Below, one piece after another: positions 38,159 to 52,500 of a DNA stretch of 64,000 bases; position 1 is the stretch's first letter, and each line of letters opens with the position of its first letter. Made by a program: the position numbers and the translations under genes. The DNA is from Oscarella lobularis. Its lineage: Eukaryota. The stretch spans positions 490,648-554,647 of the forward strand of contig NC_089177.1 of assembly GCF_947507565.1 (NCBI RefSeq), in the 5' to 3' direction. Under the pieces are notes generated by a model. It saw only the letters and a list, made by a program, of their open reading frames with translations. It ran no database searches and was not told the origin of the DNA.

Positions 38159-40776
38159 TCAAGACGCCGTTTTTGTCCAGCTAGGAACTCCGTATGCCGG
38201 ATCGTCGACCGCACTCTGCTTCAGCCTATTTCCGGCCATCATATCGTCCGCCGTCACTTCGCTATACGCTTCGTCGTCCTCTTCACCGTCATTCGTAACA
38301 TTGATGTATCCAGGTTGATCCCTAGCCACATCCTCGTACGCTCCTAGACCTTCTTCCTCAGGAAAATCGACGTTGTGATACGGTATTCTTCCTCTTGCTC
38401 CTGCCGCCGCAGGAGCAATCGGTCTGTCCTCGGGATAGTTAACGTTGAAGTAAGGCGGATTATCGGCGGGCGGCATCTCGTACGGCGATTCCTGAGTGGC
38501 AAAACGTCTTGGCTTAGGAATCGTCGCGTCATCAATCGTCATTTCGTCCAAAATACTATCAATGACGTCAATTTCCTCCTTGCTAATCGTTAAGGTTTTG
38601 TTCGACGGCGTAATTTGTCGGGGCATCGGAACTGAAGCGGACGCCGCAATCGCCGCCGCAACCGCCGCTCGATCGGTACTCAGTTTTCGTTTACTTGTCG
38701 GAAACTCGTCCCTCGCTAATGTACTGTAAGGACTCATAGTGCGATTGGCATGTTCGGCCAGACCGGCCATTAGGTCGTCGAGCTCAGCGTCGTCATAAAG
38801 CGGGGCGTCATCGTCAGGAGCAACAGCGGCGACGGCAGCGGCGGCGACTTTCTCGTTCGGAAGAACCAATCGATCGTATCCGACAGATCCTCTCTTCGGT
38901 TTGGGAGGAACGACTTTTTCTTCTCTCGGTGGCAGCGGATTTTTCTTCGGCGGAGGAGGTTGATGCCGCGGCGGTGATTCCGCAATTGCAAATTTTCCGT
39001 CGCCAGCCGAAAAGAGAGTATCGTACGGCGTGACCGGCTTCACCGCACCGGCGTCAATCTGATCCTCCGTTTCGTAAAAGTGCTCTTCAGGATTTTCCGG
39101 AATCGACGTCGTCTCGTTGACCGTCACAGTCTGAACAAATCGCTGTTTGAGGGAACCGTGCGACGGCACCGCAGGCGGCTCCGTCACTGTACTTGAACGC
39201 GGTTTAGCTACAGGGGGAACGGGCTGCGGTGCTCTTGCACTCCCTGGTCGATTCGGTAGGGGATTTGCTGGCGTCGGCTGCGCTTGTACCATGTCGGCTT
39301 GGCGAAGGCTCGTGTGCTGTTGGGAGCCGATTAGTTTCACGTTGTTGTGCACGTGGTGAAAGATTTCGTTTCCCAGTCGGGTGCCGAAGTAGAAGACGCC
39401 CGGGCCCGTTTCGCATTTTCTGCCCGCTTCGAATGTGAATTTCGTGTAGTCGCGACCGTAGCGTCGCAGATACTTGAGCGGCCAAACGCAGATGATTTCG
39501 TTGGAGAGAACACTGGCAAGAGTTATGTTCAGTCCCGATATGACGAGATGGTATTCGCCGACCAGTTGCAGTGCCGTCGAAGCTTCAGTCGGGATAATCG
39601 ACACACGATAACGTTTTTCTGTAACAAAAAAGGCGTCATTTTGAGGTAAAAAATCTATCCCTGGCTATTTATAGGAAGTAAGTGTACATGTCATTTCTTT
39701 ATATTATTCTGTGCTAGAAACCCGTTCACAAGGGATCTCGTCTTCTTACCAAGCTCCATACTGCTATAAAGCGTGTTCTCCTGGACGCCCAGCGGCTGAT
39801 TGGGAACAAGAAACGGGTTTCCTTCGGGAGGCGGCATCGCCATTTGCGGTTGCGGCTGCACAAAAGGATTACCGGCACCTCCTTCCATTGCAAACGGCAT
39901 TGGTGCTTGCGACGGCGGCTGCAACGCCAACGGATAACCGGCGTCTCTTCCGCCCTGGATTGCAAACGGGGGCGGCGACAAAGGTGGCTTTCCTCCGAAA
40001 CCGTCGCTTGGAGAACCGAACGAACCGAACGAAGAATTCTGAGGTTCTGACATGTATGCGGGTGGCGGCGATCCCGGCGGAAGCGAACCGGCGTCGTCGC
40101 CGAAGGCGACTCGCGATATACCGTCGATCCAAACGTCGAGATCGCGTTGAGTCGGCAGAGCGAATCGATAGTGCAGCACGGGCGTGAGAAGGTCGAGAAC
40201 GAAGCTTTTCGATTTATGCGTCGTCTGATTGACGGCCGTCACTTCGCGCAGGGGAATGATTCGTCGGCTGTTCTGTCGACGAGCGTGGTTCATGTCGGGA
40301 TAGTACTCGAGTCGCGCGCTGCCTAACGAGCCGGCACTGCGCAATACGAACCACCTCTTGTTCCACGTCTATAAAGCGAAAACGTTATTTGTTTGCGGTG
40401 AGAGCCTTTTGATTTCGGGGAAGGACGCGCGGTGGGGGAGGAGTCGCGAGGATAAGATCTAGCTGACCCAAACGCTGCAAAAATGGCAGCATTTGGCTCT
40501 GAGTTTGTTGACTTTATACCCATACCAGAGACTCGGACTTAGTCAACGGACTGGGGGGACTGCGTTGTAATGGGAGGGGCTTCGTGCTTGCAAAACGATC
40601 TATATTTAGTTTTCATTCAGATCTCTTTTTAAGTTTTGCTACGATAGCAGTATTCTTCGGTTTGCTGCTGGAGTGCGCTTTCGCAGGGGATTAGATTTTC
40701 GTTGCCGTTTTACCTTGAAGGCTCCTGGTTGTTGAGGGCATTTTTCCATGTAGCCCTCTAATGCCACGTCGGTCAT
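38159..40776 (-). CDS. DOK/FRS-like docking protein (PH + IRS-type PTB). Exons (minus strand): 40714-40776, 39750-40368, 38159-39618.
   Basis: Exon 1 reads MTDVALEGYMEKCPQQPGAFK. Exon 2 reads TWNKRWFVLRSAGSLGSARLEYYPD...FALPTQRDLDVWIDGI and completes the PH domain. Exon 3 is the PTB: VGEYHLVISGLNITLASVLSNEIICVWPLKYLRRYGRDYTKFTFEAGRKCETGPGVFYFGTRLGNEIFHHV. A Pro/Tyr-rich tail follows. Introns are phase 0 then phase 1, GT-AG, verified. Confidence 0.65.
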
Positions 40777-40979
40777 TATTGAGTTGGACTTGTTACTCGC
40801 TTGAAAACTCGGTCGCCGACACGTCCAAGGGGGCGGCTGTTGTGTGCAAAAAATAACACAGCACGAGATTATGGACCACGCCTTCTCCAAATGTCATTAG
40901 GGGCGTCGTGCGTTAGTCGTCTCGAAGAGGTTGACGCAACCATTGTTCTTTCGTTTTCGAAGTCCCCTCATTGAAGCGA

Positions 40980-43900
40980 ATGGAAACTCTGGACGAAACT
41001 CTTGGACACGAGCGAGATTTCGCTAAAGGAAGGTAATGTTATTCTCAACGGCAGCGTCTAGGCGAACATCGCGCGTGTTTCGACAGAATATTCGTCAACA
41101 GAAGCCTCAATCTGCAGCGAATCAAATTCTTCGGCTTCGACATGGACTACACATTGGCCGGTAGGCCTAAAAAGAGCACTTCGACGAAGAAAAGAAGGAA
41201 AACTGTTTCTCTTCTACATCCGGTGATATAGAATATCGATCTCCCGAGTACGAGGAACTCGGGACCGAACTCGTAGTCGAACGACTCCTTTCTATTGGAT
41301 ATCCTCAAGTAGGAAGTTACAAGGAAACGATTTCATACTATTTATGAAATTAATTCAGGATCTGAAGGAAGCGAAGTACGACCCCACGTTTCCGACCAGG
41401 TAAGGTTTTGGTGGTTTTAATTAAATAGTAGCGTGTGATCTACAAATTATTTTCTCTTGACCATACACAGAGGCATGTTTTTTGACAAAGTTTATGGAAA
41501 TCTCTTGAAGGCACGGTCTTTTGTCTGTCTGCATGGATTCTTTATTAGAAGTAATAGATTAGGTGGATCAGTTTGGTAACATATTGGCGTGCTATCACGG
41601 CTTCAAACTCTACACAAGGCAAGTCGACTTTCATTTTTCTGTGCAAATGTCTGAGCTGAAATTCTCCAGCACCGAAGTACGAGACGTCTATCCGAATAAA
41701 AAAGTTCAAGTTTGTCTATTTCTCTGCAAATTAAAAAACGCGGTGGCTAGTCGTCTTTTGCATAGGCGTCGGAGCCTCGTTATTTTATATTGAATACTCT
41801 GTTCAATCTTCCTGGTACAGATTCTCTTTCTCTACTAGTCTTTGTCTTATCTTACCCCTAGAAACGTTTCTTATGGCATACCTCGTGAATTATTTTGACA
41901 CTCACGAAGATTATCGAGAGTACGTGACAGTAATAATTATGGACATCTCTCTCTCTCTCTTACGCTTGGACGTGATTTTAGGTTACCCACGCGAAAGGGA
42001 GTAGAGAGCGGCAACGTGCTCATCTCGTACAGCAGCATGCATCAGGACCTTCGTGGAGCCGTCGATTGGGTTCACATGAGAGTAAGAGGGATGTCTCAAG
42101 GAACGTGCTTTTATTCCCAAGTGTATAGGGAACAATGAAACAAATCACTCTCGACAATCTCGACAAATACGTAGTAAAAGACGTAAGGCAATAATAATTC
42201 GTCGTTTTTAGTCATTTCGTGTTGACCAGATTCTTGTGATTTTCTAGTCCAGACTTCCTCTGCTTCTTCGACGGTACGAGCCTCGCGCTCTCGCATCCTT
42301 TCTTTATACGTGCATCGATTCACAGGATGAGAGAGAATGAGAGAAAAGTATTTCTCATTACGAACAGCGACTACGACTACACGAACGCGAGTGACGACAC
42401 CAGACGTGCCGATCTCTTTCGAACGATTATTTTCTTTAGAAGCTAATGAAACATCTGCTCGATGACTCAGCGACACTACCTCCTCCCGGAACGGTGAGTC
42501 GGCACGTCTCTCCGCCACCGAACACACTCGGACGGGTATCCAAAAAATTTTTCATCAAGCGATCGTTTAGGAGCTAAACGATCGCTTGATTATGCCTTTG
42601 CACGTCGCGCGTCTGTAACCAGCTGGCAATAAGTATCCACACGCAAAGCTGCGACGGCCACCCGGCCTCTACTTGGAATGTCTGATATATACCTCTGGGG
42701 TGCATTGTTTTATAGGGAAGCGATTCCTTTGCCGGATGGAAGTCGTTTTTTGACTATATTGTCGTCGATGCGCGGAAGCCCTTGTTTTTTGGCGAAGGCA
42801 CCGTGCTTCGTCAGATCGATGAGGTGATTGGGGTGGGTAATTTGTCGCTTGCTTTTTTTTTATTTTTCTGCTGCGCTTCTCTAAGGCGACGGGTACGCCG
42901 AAAATCGGAACGTTCAAGGGTCAGATTGAGACTGGAAGCGTCTATACCGGAGGTTAGGACTAGTCAAATTAGCTGCTTCTGTACGTTTTATTGAATTATA
43001 AGGGAATTCGGAGCAGTTCTGTGACATGATTGGCGCCGCAGGAGAGGTAGGAAGGGACCCCTTCTGCGAGTGTTTTTGTTTTTGCCTACAATGTTTCCTT
43101 TCTCTCAGGATGTCCTCTACGTCGGCGATCACATTTTTGGCGATATACTAAAATCGAAGAAGCAACACGGATGGAGGTGGGCCATTCGAATGACGTTACT
43201 AGGAAATGACGCGGTATTTCCAGGACGTATCTGGTTGTACGAGAAGTTGACGAAGATCTACAGGTTCTCGTTGACAATGCAGGTGGGGTTGGGTGGGGTT
43301 CCGGGAATCCTTATCGCAGTCCGTTAGTCAGCATTGGGTATCTGTGACAATTAGATATTCAGCAGAAGATGACAGCATTGGAGGACGAACTCGATCATCT
43401 ATTCAGGTACGCATATGTTAGTACTGTACCACTTCCGAATCCTGTCCCAAGGCGAAATCAATTCGGGGGGCGGATGTTATAACTGTTCTCTGTATTAGGA
43501 GCTATAGTTGTCCGCTCTTAGAGGTGTCTCCCCTGTATTATAGATCCTTTTCTGGGCGCTGCTAGGGAGAGACAGAGACACACACTCCTTTGTGTTCACT
43601 CACGAAGGATTCCTCTTGAAAATTCTAATCCATATGGCACTTTTTCGTTTGATAGTGGACTCGACTCGCACCACACGGCTCGTCCAAACAGTCGCCCTAT
43701 CCTAGAAAAGCTGAAACGTCTCGCCTTTGATTTCGATTCCTGTTTTCCTTCGAAACAGGGAAGCATATTTCGAAGCGGTACACGTTACACACACGCATCG
43801 TCACGTTATATATACGCCGTTCCCTATATAGGATCGCGCCAGACCTTTTTCGCTATGCAGGCGGCTCGCTACGCCGACCTCTACGCGTCCTCGTGCACGA

Positions 43901-44214
43901 ACCTCATCAACTATCCCTTCAGCTTCTTTTTTCGAGCCAAAGCTCAATTGGTATGCGACCCAGATGTCTTCCTTTTTGTTCCCCTGCGAGTGGTCCCACG
44001 TGTGTGCCAGATGCCCCACGAATATGACGTCTCCCATCATGCCAACGTGTCCTCCGGACAAATGACGAGTACGCCGAGAGCGCTGCGTCGTTCTCCCGTT
44101 GCCGGCAAGGAGACGAGCAAAAGACGACCGTCGCCTTCGACGCAACTACGACGCTTTCAGTCGTTCGTCCACGACGAAGATGACGAAGACGTCTACGACG
44201 GCGAAAAGAAATAA
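40980..44214 (+). CDS. NT5C2: Cytosolic purine 5'-nucleotidase (NT5C2-like), about 12 exons, with an acidic C-terminal tail.
   Basis: Exons read [24 protein letters not shown]; [21 protein letters not shown]; [13 protein letters not shown]; [24 protein letters not shown]; [22 protein letters not shown]; [23 protein letters not shown]; GSIFRSG|[30 protein letters not shown]. It ends ...[14 protein letters not shown], stop at 44212-44214. Confidence 0.8.
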
Positions 44215-45158
44215 GTTCAGTTGAAAAAAAAACCTTTTCTTCTTTTCTTCGCTACCGTATTTTAGTGAGAGCACTCTAAATAAAATCACGCGTACGGATG
44301 CGTACGTTCCGCCGGAACCGTCCGCCAACGTATTTTTTAAAAACAGCGGCCTCTATTCTAGGTTTTTGTTTTTTTTTTCGCGTGCGCGCGGGAAGTCGAA
44401 TTGCGACTTGCTTTTTATTAGATTTCGACGCATGCCCTGGACACATGCGTGCAAAGAAAAGGTGGGCGGTGATTTCCGTAATAAAGACTAGCGCGCGACT
44501 CGCACCAACACACCTTGTTCTCACAGGGCCCTGCCTTGTTCAGGGCAGTTTCTCCGTCGTCGCTCGCCCTTATGGACGTTCGGGTTCGCTATCGCGGCAG
44601 CGTGGCCGTCGCCGCCGCGTCGAACGAAGGCGCTCGAGCCGCGAAGCTCGATTTAAACTTTCTCACGGCTATCGCAGCAACGGACGCAATTGTCGCCGTT
44701 CGCGACGAACGACTCGCAATTGGCGAAGCGATCGCGCTCTCCTACGATCGCATCACGAGCTGTCGAAGTCACGAGGCGGTCGTCGTCTTTCTCCTGCACG
44801 GAGCGCGACGAGAAGAAGGCGCGGCGACGATCGACGAGGAAGCGACGTGTCACATCGTGCAGTGTTCGACCGAAACGGAGGTAAGAGTTGATATAGATCG
44901 CACGAGAAAAGCTTGGCCGCGAAAGCCGAAGCGTCGCTTCCGTCCGTCGCATGGGGTCGTCGATTAGCATGCGCTATTCGTCAAGCGATATCCCATCCTC
45001 CTTTTACTTTTTATTAGGCTCGTCGCTTAGTCGTCGCCGTACGCGAGCGACTCGCTACGACTCGTGGGCGTGTCTACGGCTCTAGTGACGCACGTGTACG
45101 CCTCGTCACTCACGAAGCCGACGCCGACTCGGAAGCCATCGAAACGCGTCGTCCGGGA

Positions 45159-48100
45159 ATGAACGACTCGATCGACGACCCGTCCCTACTCGCCGTCGCC
45201 GACGGCGCGTGCGCGCGCTCGTCATCGTCGTCGTCTTCGGTCCGATCGGACACATACGTTCAAGATGGACCAAATATCGAAGAATCGGTGCCGTCGCCGC
45301 CGCCTCCGCCGCCGCCGCCGCCCGAGTCGCGATCCGTCGCCGCCGCCGCTTCGATCGACGTCGTCGCCCAATACGATCGTCTTCTCGACGGTATACGAAA
45401 TCGAGACTTGACGGCCGTCACGTCGCTGCTCAACGAAACTCCCGATCTATTGAAATCGCCGGCGGAGTTTCATTCGTCCAAAGACGACGTCAGCGCGCGG
45501 GGGCGCGGTCAAAACATGACAGCGGCACGTGCCTTGTCGGCGGCCATATGCGCGGATTCGTTTCACATGGTTAGCTTCCTTTTGGAAAGGGGAGCTCATC
45601 TGGTTCCGGATGCGAAACGTCCGCCCACGCCTATTGGGAGCGAAGAGAACGACGACGACGACGAAATGATCGATCCGTTGATATTGGCAACGCGTCGCGG
45701 CGACGGCGATCTCGTGCGACTTCTTCTGCGCGGCGGCGCGACGCCGATTGCGCGCGATCGTCAAGGACGCACGGCGATGCATTGGGCCGCCGAGCGACGC
45801 GCGCGCGACTGCGTCGTCGCGCTGCTCGAAGCCGGCGCGCCGATTCGCGTCGACGACGACGACGGCGTTCAAGCCGTCGATCTGATGCCCGACTTGGAAG
45901 CGCGACAATCTCGTCTCGTGCGCGATTCGCTCGAAATTTTCGAACAGAAGCAGACGTCGAAGGATCCGACGGCGTTGATACGGAAACGACGGCGCGGCAC
46001 GATTGGAATCGATTCGTTGATTTTTGCCGCCGTCGATCCGGCGTCGTCGCTTGGCGGCGGCGGCGGAAGCGCCGTTTCGGACGAGGTGAAAGCGTTGGAA
46101 ATTTTGACGGGACTTTCGCGAAACGACGAGTGTCTGCCGACGATCTTGGCCGGCCTGCCCGACTGCATACCGGGCATCATACTTCACTCGCAACTCAGCT
46201 GGGGATCGGATATGAGCGACGCCGTCACGAAATTCATGAGAAGTATACGCAAGGTACTATCGAACAGCTGGCCTCATTAACACATTTGACGTTGATTGGG
46301 TTTTTTTTTTGAAGGCGACTTTGAAGAGTCTCAATAATAATCAAGGTCTCTTGATGCAGTGCGCTTTGGAGTTCGTTCAAGGCGGTCAGGAAATGCAGGC
46401 GGAAGCGCTTTGCATTATCGACGATTTGATTGAAGCGAATCGAGCCGATTTTACGCCGTCATCGTCGCCGTCGTCGTCGTCGTCGTGCAACTTTCGTCTT
46501 CACGTCTCGCATCGTCCCGTCGAGGCCGTTCTCTCGTCCGCCTCGTCGTCGTCTACAGCGACGTCGTCGTCGTCGACGGCAACCGAACGTACGATGACGG
46601 CGACAGCGGAATGTCCGTCGTCGCCAATTGACGTTCTCTGCATGACCGATCCGTCGCCGCTTCTTCACGTCCTCTCCAGCGCGCTCGCGATTCACTTCCG
46701 ATCCGGTATCGGGGGACAGTGCGCCAAAGGAGTCAATTCCATGCAGCTAATCGTCGCAAAGGCTCTCGCCGTCGCCAGCCTATCGCCGACCATGCAAAGC
46801 CGACTCGCAAAAGATCATCACGCAAAGTCTTTATTGGAAGTGTTAGAGAAAGCGACGAATCCGGTAAGAACCAGTCTTAAAGAGACCACCTGTCTATTGT
46901 GATCGCTCTCGCTATTATTTTTATAGCGGTCGCAATAGGCAGCAATTTGACACTTCCACACTCTATTTCTCTCTCCCTCCCTCACGCAGGTTGTCATTGA
47001 CTTGACGCTCTGCATATTGGCCTCCCTCGTCGAAAATCCTCAGCATCACGAAGCGCTCGCGCGTCTCCAAGCGTCCGATCGCCTGCGCGCCTTTCTCCAA
47101 TCCGCCTCTCTTCGTGTTGGGGGCAGTGCGGATAGCGGCGCGCGCGCTCTCCTACCCCAACTCCGTCATCGCGTCGCCTATCTCCTCGTCGCGCTCGGCG
47201 CCGTCGCCACCGAAGCCGATCAACTCGACGGCGTCTATCTGTTCGCGTCGATGGTGAAAAAATCCCAAAGCGGAGTCAGCTGTTTTTCGATTCCCGAAGA
47301 CGACACCAACGTATTCAATCTGCGTCAACGATTCGGTTCCCAAGGAAACGGCGACGACGACGACGACGACGAAACGTCGAAACGATTCGTCGCCTCTCTA
47401 CCCAACGTTCTCGCCCCCGTTTCCATAATACGTCATTTGACGTCAAATTCCGAAATAGACACGGACGCCTTTTTGGACTTTTTTCTTGGCGTCGCCGTGA
47501 CGGCACTCCATCCGGTCATATTTCTTCGTCTTCTACGTCACAGTCTCTTCTCGCATCCCGCCTTCGTTCTGCTCCTTCGACCGTCGAGACGACGTTCGAG
47601 TCAGAATTCGTCGCTTCGAAGCGGACGCCGTAGCGTCGTGTCGCTGTCGTTGCCGTCCGGCGGCGGTGGCGACGACGCGTGGGAAGGCGTCGCGATGCCG
47701 GAGTTTCATCGGCGCGTTTTGCGAGTGTTGACCGAGTGGATGAAACGCTACGGGGCCGACGTGATGGACAGTTCGCTCGCCGCCGAAGAGATTAAGCATT
47801 TTATGTTGGATTTGCAGGCAGTCGGGTTTGGCTACGAAGTGTGGGTTGAGCACGTCAATTCTCTGCTCGTCGCTCAGGTGAGGGAATATTTGGCCACCAA
47901 AGTGAATAAATATATGATCATTTCTTTGTTTTTATTAGGATGTTCGATTGATTAAGAAAAAGTCGAGTTTGTGTTTGATGACGGAAGACGATCTACGAAG
48001 TCACTACGAGAAAGTAAGTGTCGTCGTATCTAAAAAGAAATAAAAAAAACACTATCTTCTTTTAGTTAAAAATTCAAATTCTTTCCGACGAATTACCGTG

Positions 48101-48881
48101 TCCGCCTGCGAGTGCGACCAAGCTGGCCAGTCTTCAAATGATCATCGAAACGATTGGATCGTCGAAGCCGAGCCAAGACGAAAAGAGTCGGTCACCGTCG
48201 CCCGGCGTCGCGCTTCGGCACAAGTCGATTCACGACATCGGATTCAGATTGTCGAAGGCGACGCTATTCAGCACCCTCGTCGGCGGCAACAAGGCCGACT
48301 ACACGACGGCGAAATTGAAAGCCTATCTGCCGAAAAATCTCGTATAATTGATCGTTGTTTTTCCTTATCGCTTATTTTTTGTTTTTTTTTTCTCTCTTTA
48401 GGCTCGAACTCGTCGCTGGCGCGAGGAAGTCGAAAAGCATCACAAACTCCTCGCGGCGACGTTCGCCGCCGATCCGGACGACACGGAACTCCGCGCGATG
48501 GAGCAGTACGTCGACGCGTGCGAACAGCTGCCCGCTTACGATTGCCAGCTCTTTCGCTTGAAACAGATAACGAAGAAACGCAAGGTAAGAAAAGAGGAAA
48601 TCGTAACTCTCCTTTTTTTTTATAAACGAGTTTTCAGGAATTGCGCGTTTTCGGTCTCGGCACCGATCAGGCGATCATTCTCAACGGTTCCGACTACAGC
48701 CTTCTCGCAACGCATCCCCTCTCGACTCTCGTCCTGCCGCGCCAACGCAAGGGCAGCGGCGGGACAAACGAGAGCGAAATACAAATCGAATTCAAATCCC
48801 AAGAAGTCTACGCCTTCACCTCATCCAAACCCGTCCTTAAATCTCTCCGCGAAGCCGTGCAGCTATGCATTCGGGATATCC

Positions 48882-48924
<43 letters not shown>

Positions 48925-49536
48925 CGGCGGGCGTTCCAGCAGCACTAGCGGCGTCGACGGCGAAGAAACCGACTCATTCGACGATACGGTCATGATGCGA
49001 ATGACGGCGGCGGCGGCGGCCGGAGCGGCCACGGCGGCGACAAGAAAGACGTTCAAGACGTCGTCGAACTCGTCGTTGCGATCGGTTCACGACGAATTCG
49101 CCTCGTCGAACGAGAGGCTCGCCAACTTGGCGTCGTTTATCGGTTTTCCTGAGGAAGTCGCGCGACGGTTGACGGAGCGCGAGGAGAAATTGTTTCGACT
49201 CGTTGCGCCCGCCGCCTACGTGCGACACGCGCTCATTGAACGAACGGAGTCGGCGCGACGATCGCGAACGTCGAAGAGTCATACGACCGTGTTGAATTTG
49301 GCGAAGCGTTTTGGAAATGTTCGTTGAAGGAGGAAAAAATGAAGGGGAGCGACTAATTCGTTTTTTTAGGTTAGTGGATGGGTGAGTCGGTTGGTTGCTT
49401 CTGCGGCGAAGGTGGGCGATCGTCGCGTTGCGATTTCGTCGCTGCTTCGCGTCGCCGCGGCCTGTCGCAATTTGGGAAATCTCATGGGAATGATGGAAGT
49501 TCTGACTGGACTAACGTACGTAGAATCATCTCTAAA

Positions 49537-49578
<42 letters not shown>

Positions 49579-52500
49579 TATATCGATTCCTTAGATCTCA
49601 ACACGAGGACGTTCTCAATTCGTCGCTCTCGCCCAAAGATCAAGAGCTTCTCGCCGGAATGATCAAACGATATCCCGTCGACGCCGAACTCGACGATCTG
49701 CTCGACGCAATGCAACGCACGCGCGAAATGAACGGCGGTCACGTCGTTCCCTACTACGGTTGGTTTCTCAAACGATTGAGGGACATCATGGCAAGCGTTC
49801 CGTCAATCGTATTGATTCCTTCGGGTAATAATATTAATAATTAGACGATAAGCGCTTACGCGTTATTCTTTTATTTCAGGAAACGAATCGCGCTCGTTGG
49901 AACGCACTATCAATGTCAATAAACTCAAGCGTCTACGCGAAGTCTTGAACAAAATCAGCCTATTCACCGGAGAAGCGAAAGACGATCTCACGTACGCACT
50001 CCACTCAATTCGCACAGCACATCACTTTTCACCCTCTCCTAGTTCTCCATCGGCGCTTCCCATCGACGAACACGCGGGACCCGATTTCGAAGAGTGCGAA
50101 GACTCGCACGTCTTTCTTCCCATCATCCCGTTCGCCTGCACGGGACTTCGTCCGCACGAGCATCGTCGTCTCCTCTTCGGCAGCACGTTCATTCGCTGGG
50201 AGGACGGCGGCCTTCGTTCGACGGCGAGCGTCCTCAAACTCTACAAGTGCAACTCGCGATTGAAATATTCGCCGGCGCGCTGGGCCGAAGAGAAGCCGCG
50301 CGGTCGCGACGAGCAAAACGACGTGAACAAGCCGGGAGACGACGATTCGTCGACCGGCGGAATGATATCCGTTTTTCACATCAAAGACATTCGTCTCGGC
50401 GTCGCGCCCAAAGACGAGAAGACGCTCGTTCGTCGTCACGGCATCAATTGGTTCAACGCCGTCGATTGCTGTCTGATGATCGTCTACGGCGCCGGCGGCG
50501 TCGCCGACGTCCACTACGCGAATTTCGTCGCGCCGGCGGCAATCGTGCGATTCTGGTACGACGCGTTGGCGCGTCTGCTCGACGCCGTACGCGCGCACGT
50601 TCAACGACCCGATCAGCGTCCGCTCTGGCTTCGAAAGACCTACTACGGTATCGAATCTCAGAAGAAGGGTTTGCCGACTGTGAGCGAGAGTTGCTTTGAG
50701 TTTGGCGGTCGCATTTGGGCTCGACCGGCTTTAACAGTTCAGGTATGGGTAGAAAAAATCGATTAATTATTAAAATTAATTCTTTATTTTTTTAGGAATC
50801 GTTTGACGGTGATAGTGAAGTCGATTTGTCGCGGCAGCTTCGCAAGCGCTACACGTCGTCTACTTCCTGGCGTGCGGTTGCCTCCGCTATCGCCGACGGC
50901 GACGCGAACGGGAGTCGTCGCACGTTTCGAAAGACCGACATGCGTCGAGTCGTTTTGCCGGCGCTCGCCGAGTTGGGCGACGAATTCTCGCCCGATCGGG
51001 AACTCGATTTCGCGTCGTTTTGCCGACTCTACGAAAGCCTCTCGGCGCTACATCGTCCCGACGTGCGACGTCTCTTCGATCTCTTCGCCTCCGTCGATTT
51101 GAACGACAAAGGTGACAGCGGCGGTAGCGAGAACGGCGACGAGTCAAAACGACACATGGGTCTTCAACGAAAACAAGCCGTCATCAGAATGATGACGTCG
51201 TCGGCGACGATGACGACGACGGGAACCGGTTCCGTGGCTACGTTGCCGACTCCAGGGAGAAAATTGAGCCGAGGCGCCGTTGGGTCTTCGTCGCCGACGA
51301 CGAGTAGCAAATCGAAAGGGAGTTCCGGTTTTAGTTTGCTCTCCGTCGTGCAAATGGCGATGTCGTCGCCGACGATGCGTTCTCGAGCGGAGACGGGGGG
51401 CGTGACGGGGGCGTCCGACGCGCGGCAGAAGTGGAAAATGGCGGCGATAGCGAAGAGGGGCGGCAGCGGGAGGAATTCGGCGGCAGTGCACGTTCGAAGT
51501 GGATCGGAGCCGGATACGAGCGAATTGGACGATGGCGTTAGCGCGGCGGCTGCAGCTGCGGCTGCAGCTGCAGCGGCCAAGTTGAAGCGGATGAAAATGA
51601 ATGGCAGAGATCTGGTACGTTTTATGAAGTGCGAGCAGTGCGAGACATTGACAGAAAAAGAGGCCGAAGAAAAGATAAAGGTGAGAGAAATTGACGCAGA
51701 GAGTTGAACAAAAGAATTAACATTTTTTGTAAAGAAATACGAAACGGATAAGGATCTGGTCGAGAAAAAGTTGCTTTCTTACGAAGGCTTCATGCGGTAA
51801 GTAAGAGCTGATTGTTTTTATTCGTTCTTATAAACTTCGCTGTTAGAATGATGTTGTCTGATGAAAATTATGCATATGAAGTTGAGAAATCGATTGTAAA
51901 TGAAGACGTACGTTAATTGATTATTATATCAATCTTTGTCATTCTATACTCTCGTTTCGTAGGAAATGACTCATCCCCTGTCGCACTATTATATCTCCTC
52001 GTCGCACAATACTTACCTTACAGGCTATCAGCTCCGCGGCGAGTCATCCGTAGAGATATACAGACAGGTAAAAAATCACATATACGGTATTAATTGAAAG
52101 TCATTACGTATTTAATTTTTTAGATACTGCTCTCCGGCTGCCGCTGTATCGAACTCGACTGCTGGGACGGCGATGACGGCTATCCCATCATCACGCACGG
52201 GCACACGTGGACGACGAAGATTAAATTCAAAGTCAGTCAATAGATATTGTGAAACGTTAGAAAACGAGATCGTGTTTTTTAATTAAGGACGTCATTTACG
52301 CAATCAACGAGACGGCGTTCGTGACGTCGCCCTATCCGGTAATACTTTCGTTCGAAAATCACTGCTCCATACCGAAGCAGCAAGAAATGGCTAGAATATG
52401 CGAAGTAGGATAAAAGAATTGCACTCTTTTGATTCAAAATTTAACGTTTCCTCTGGTTGAAGGACGTCTTCGGCAGCAAACTCGTCAAAAGTTGTCTCTT

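Noticed and set aside
43855-44214. Calling ORF 43855-44214 a separate small gene
   Set aside because: It is the last exon of NT5C2. [30 protein letters not shown] continues from the GSIFRSG exon through a verified phase-1 splice at 43777/43831, and the acidic tail matches the NT5C2 C-terminus.
44276-45150. ORFs of 150-197 aa in the GC-rich interval between NT5C2 and the PLC gene
   Set aside because: Their translations are Arg/Ala-rich with no domain similarity. The region is more likely a CpG-rich promoter and 5' UTR for the PLC-like gene.
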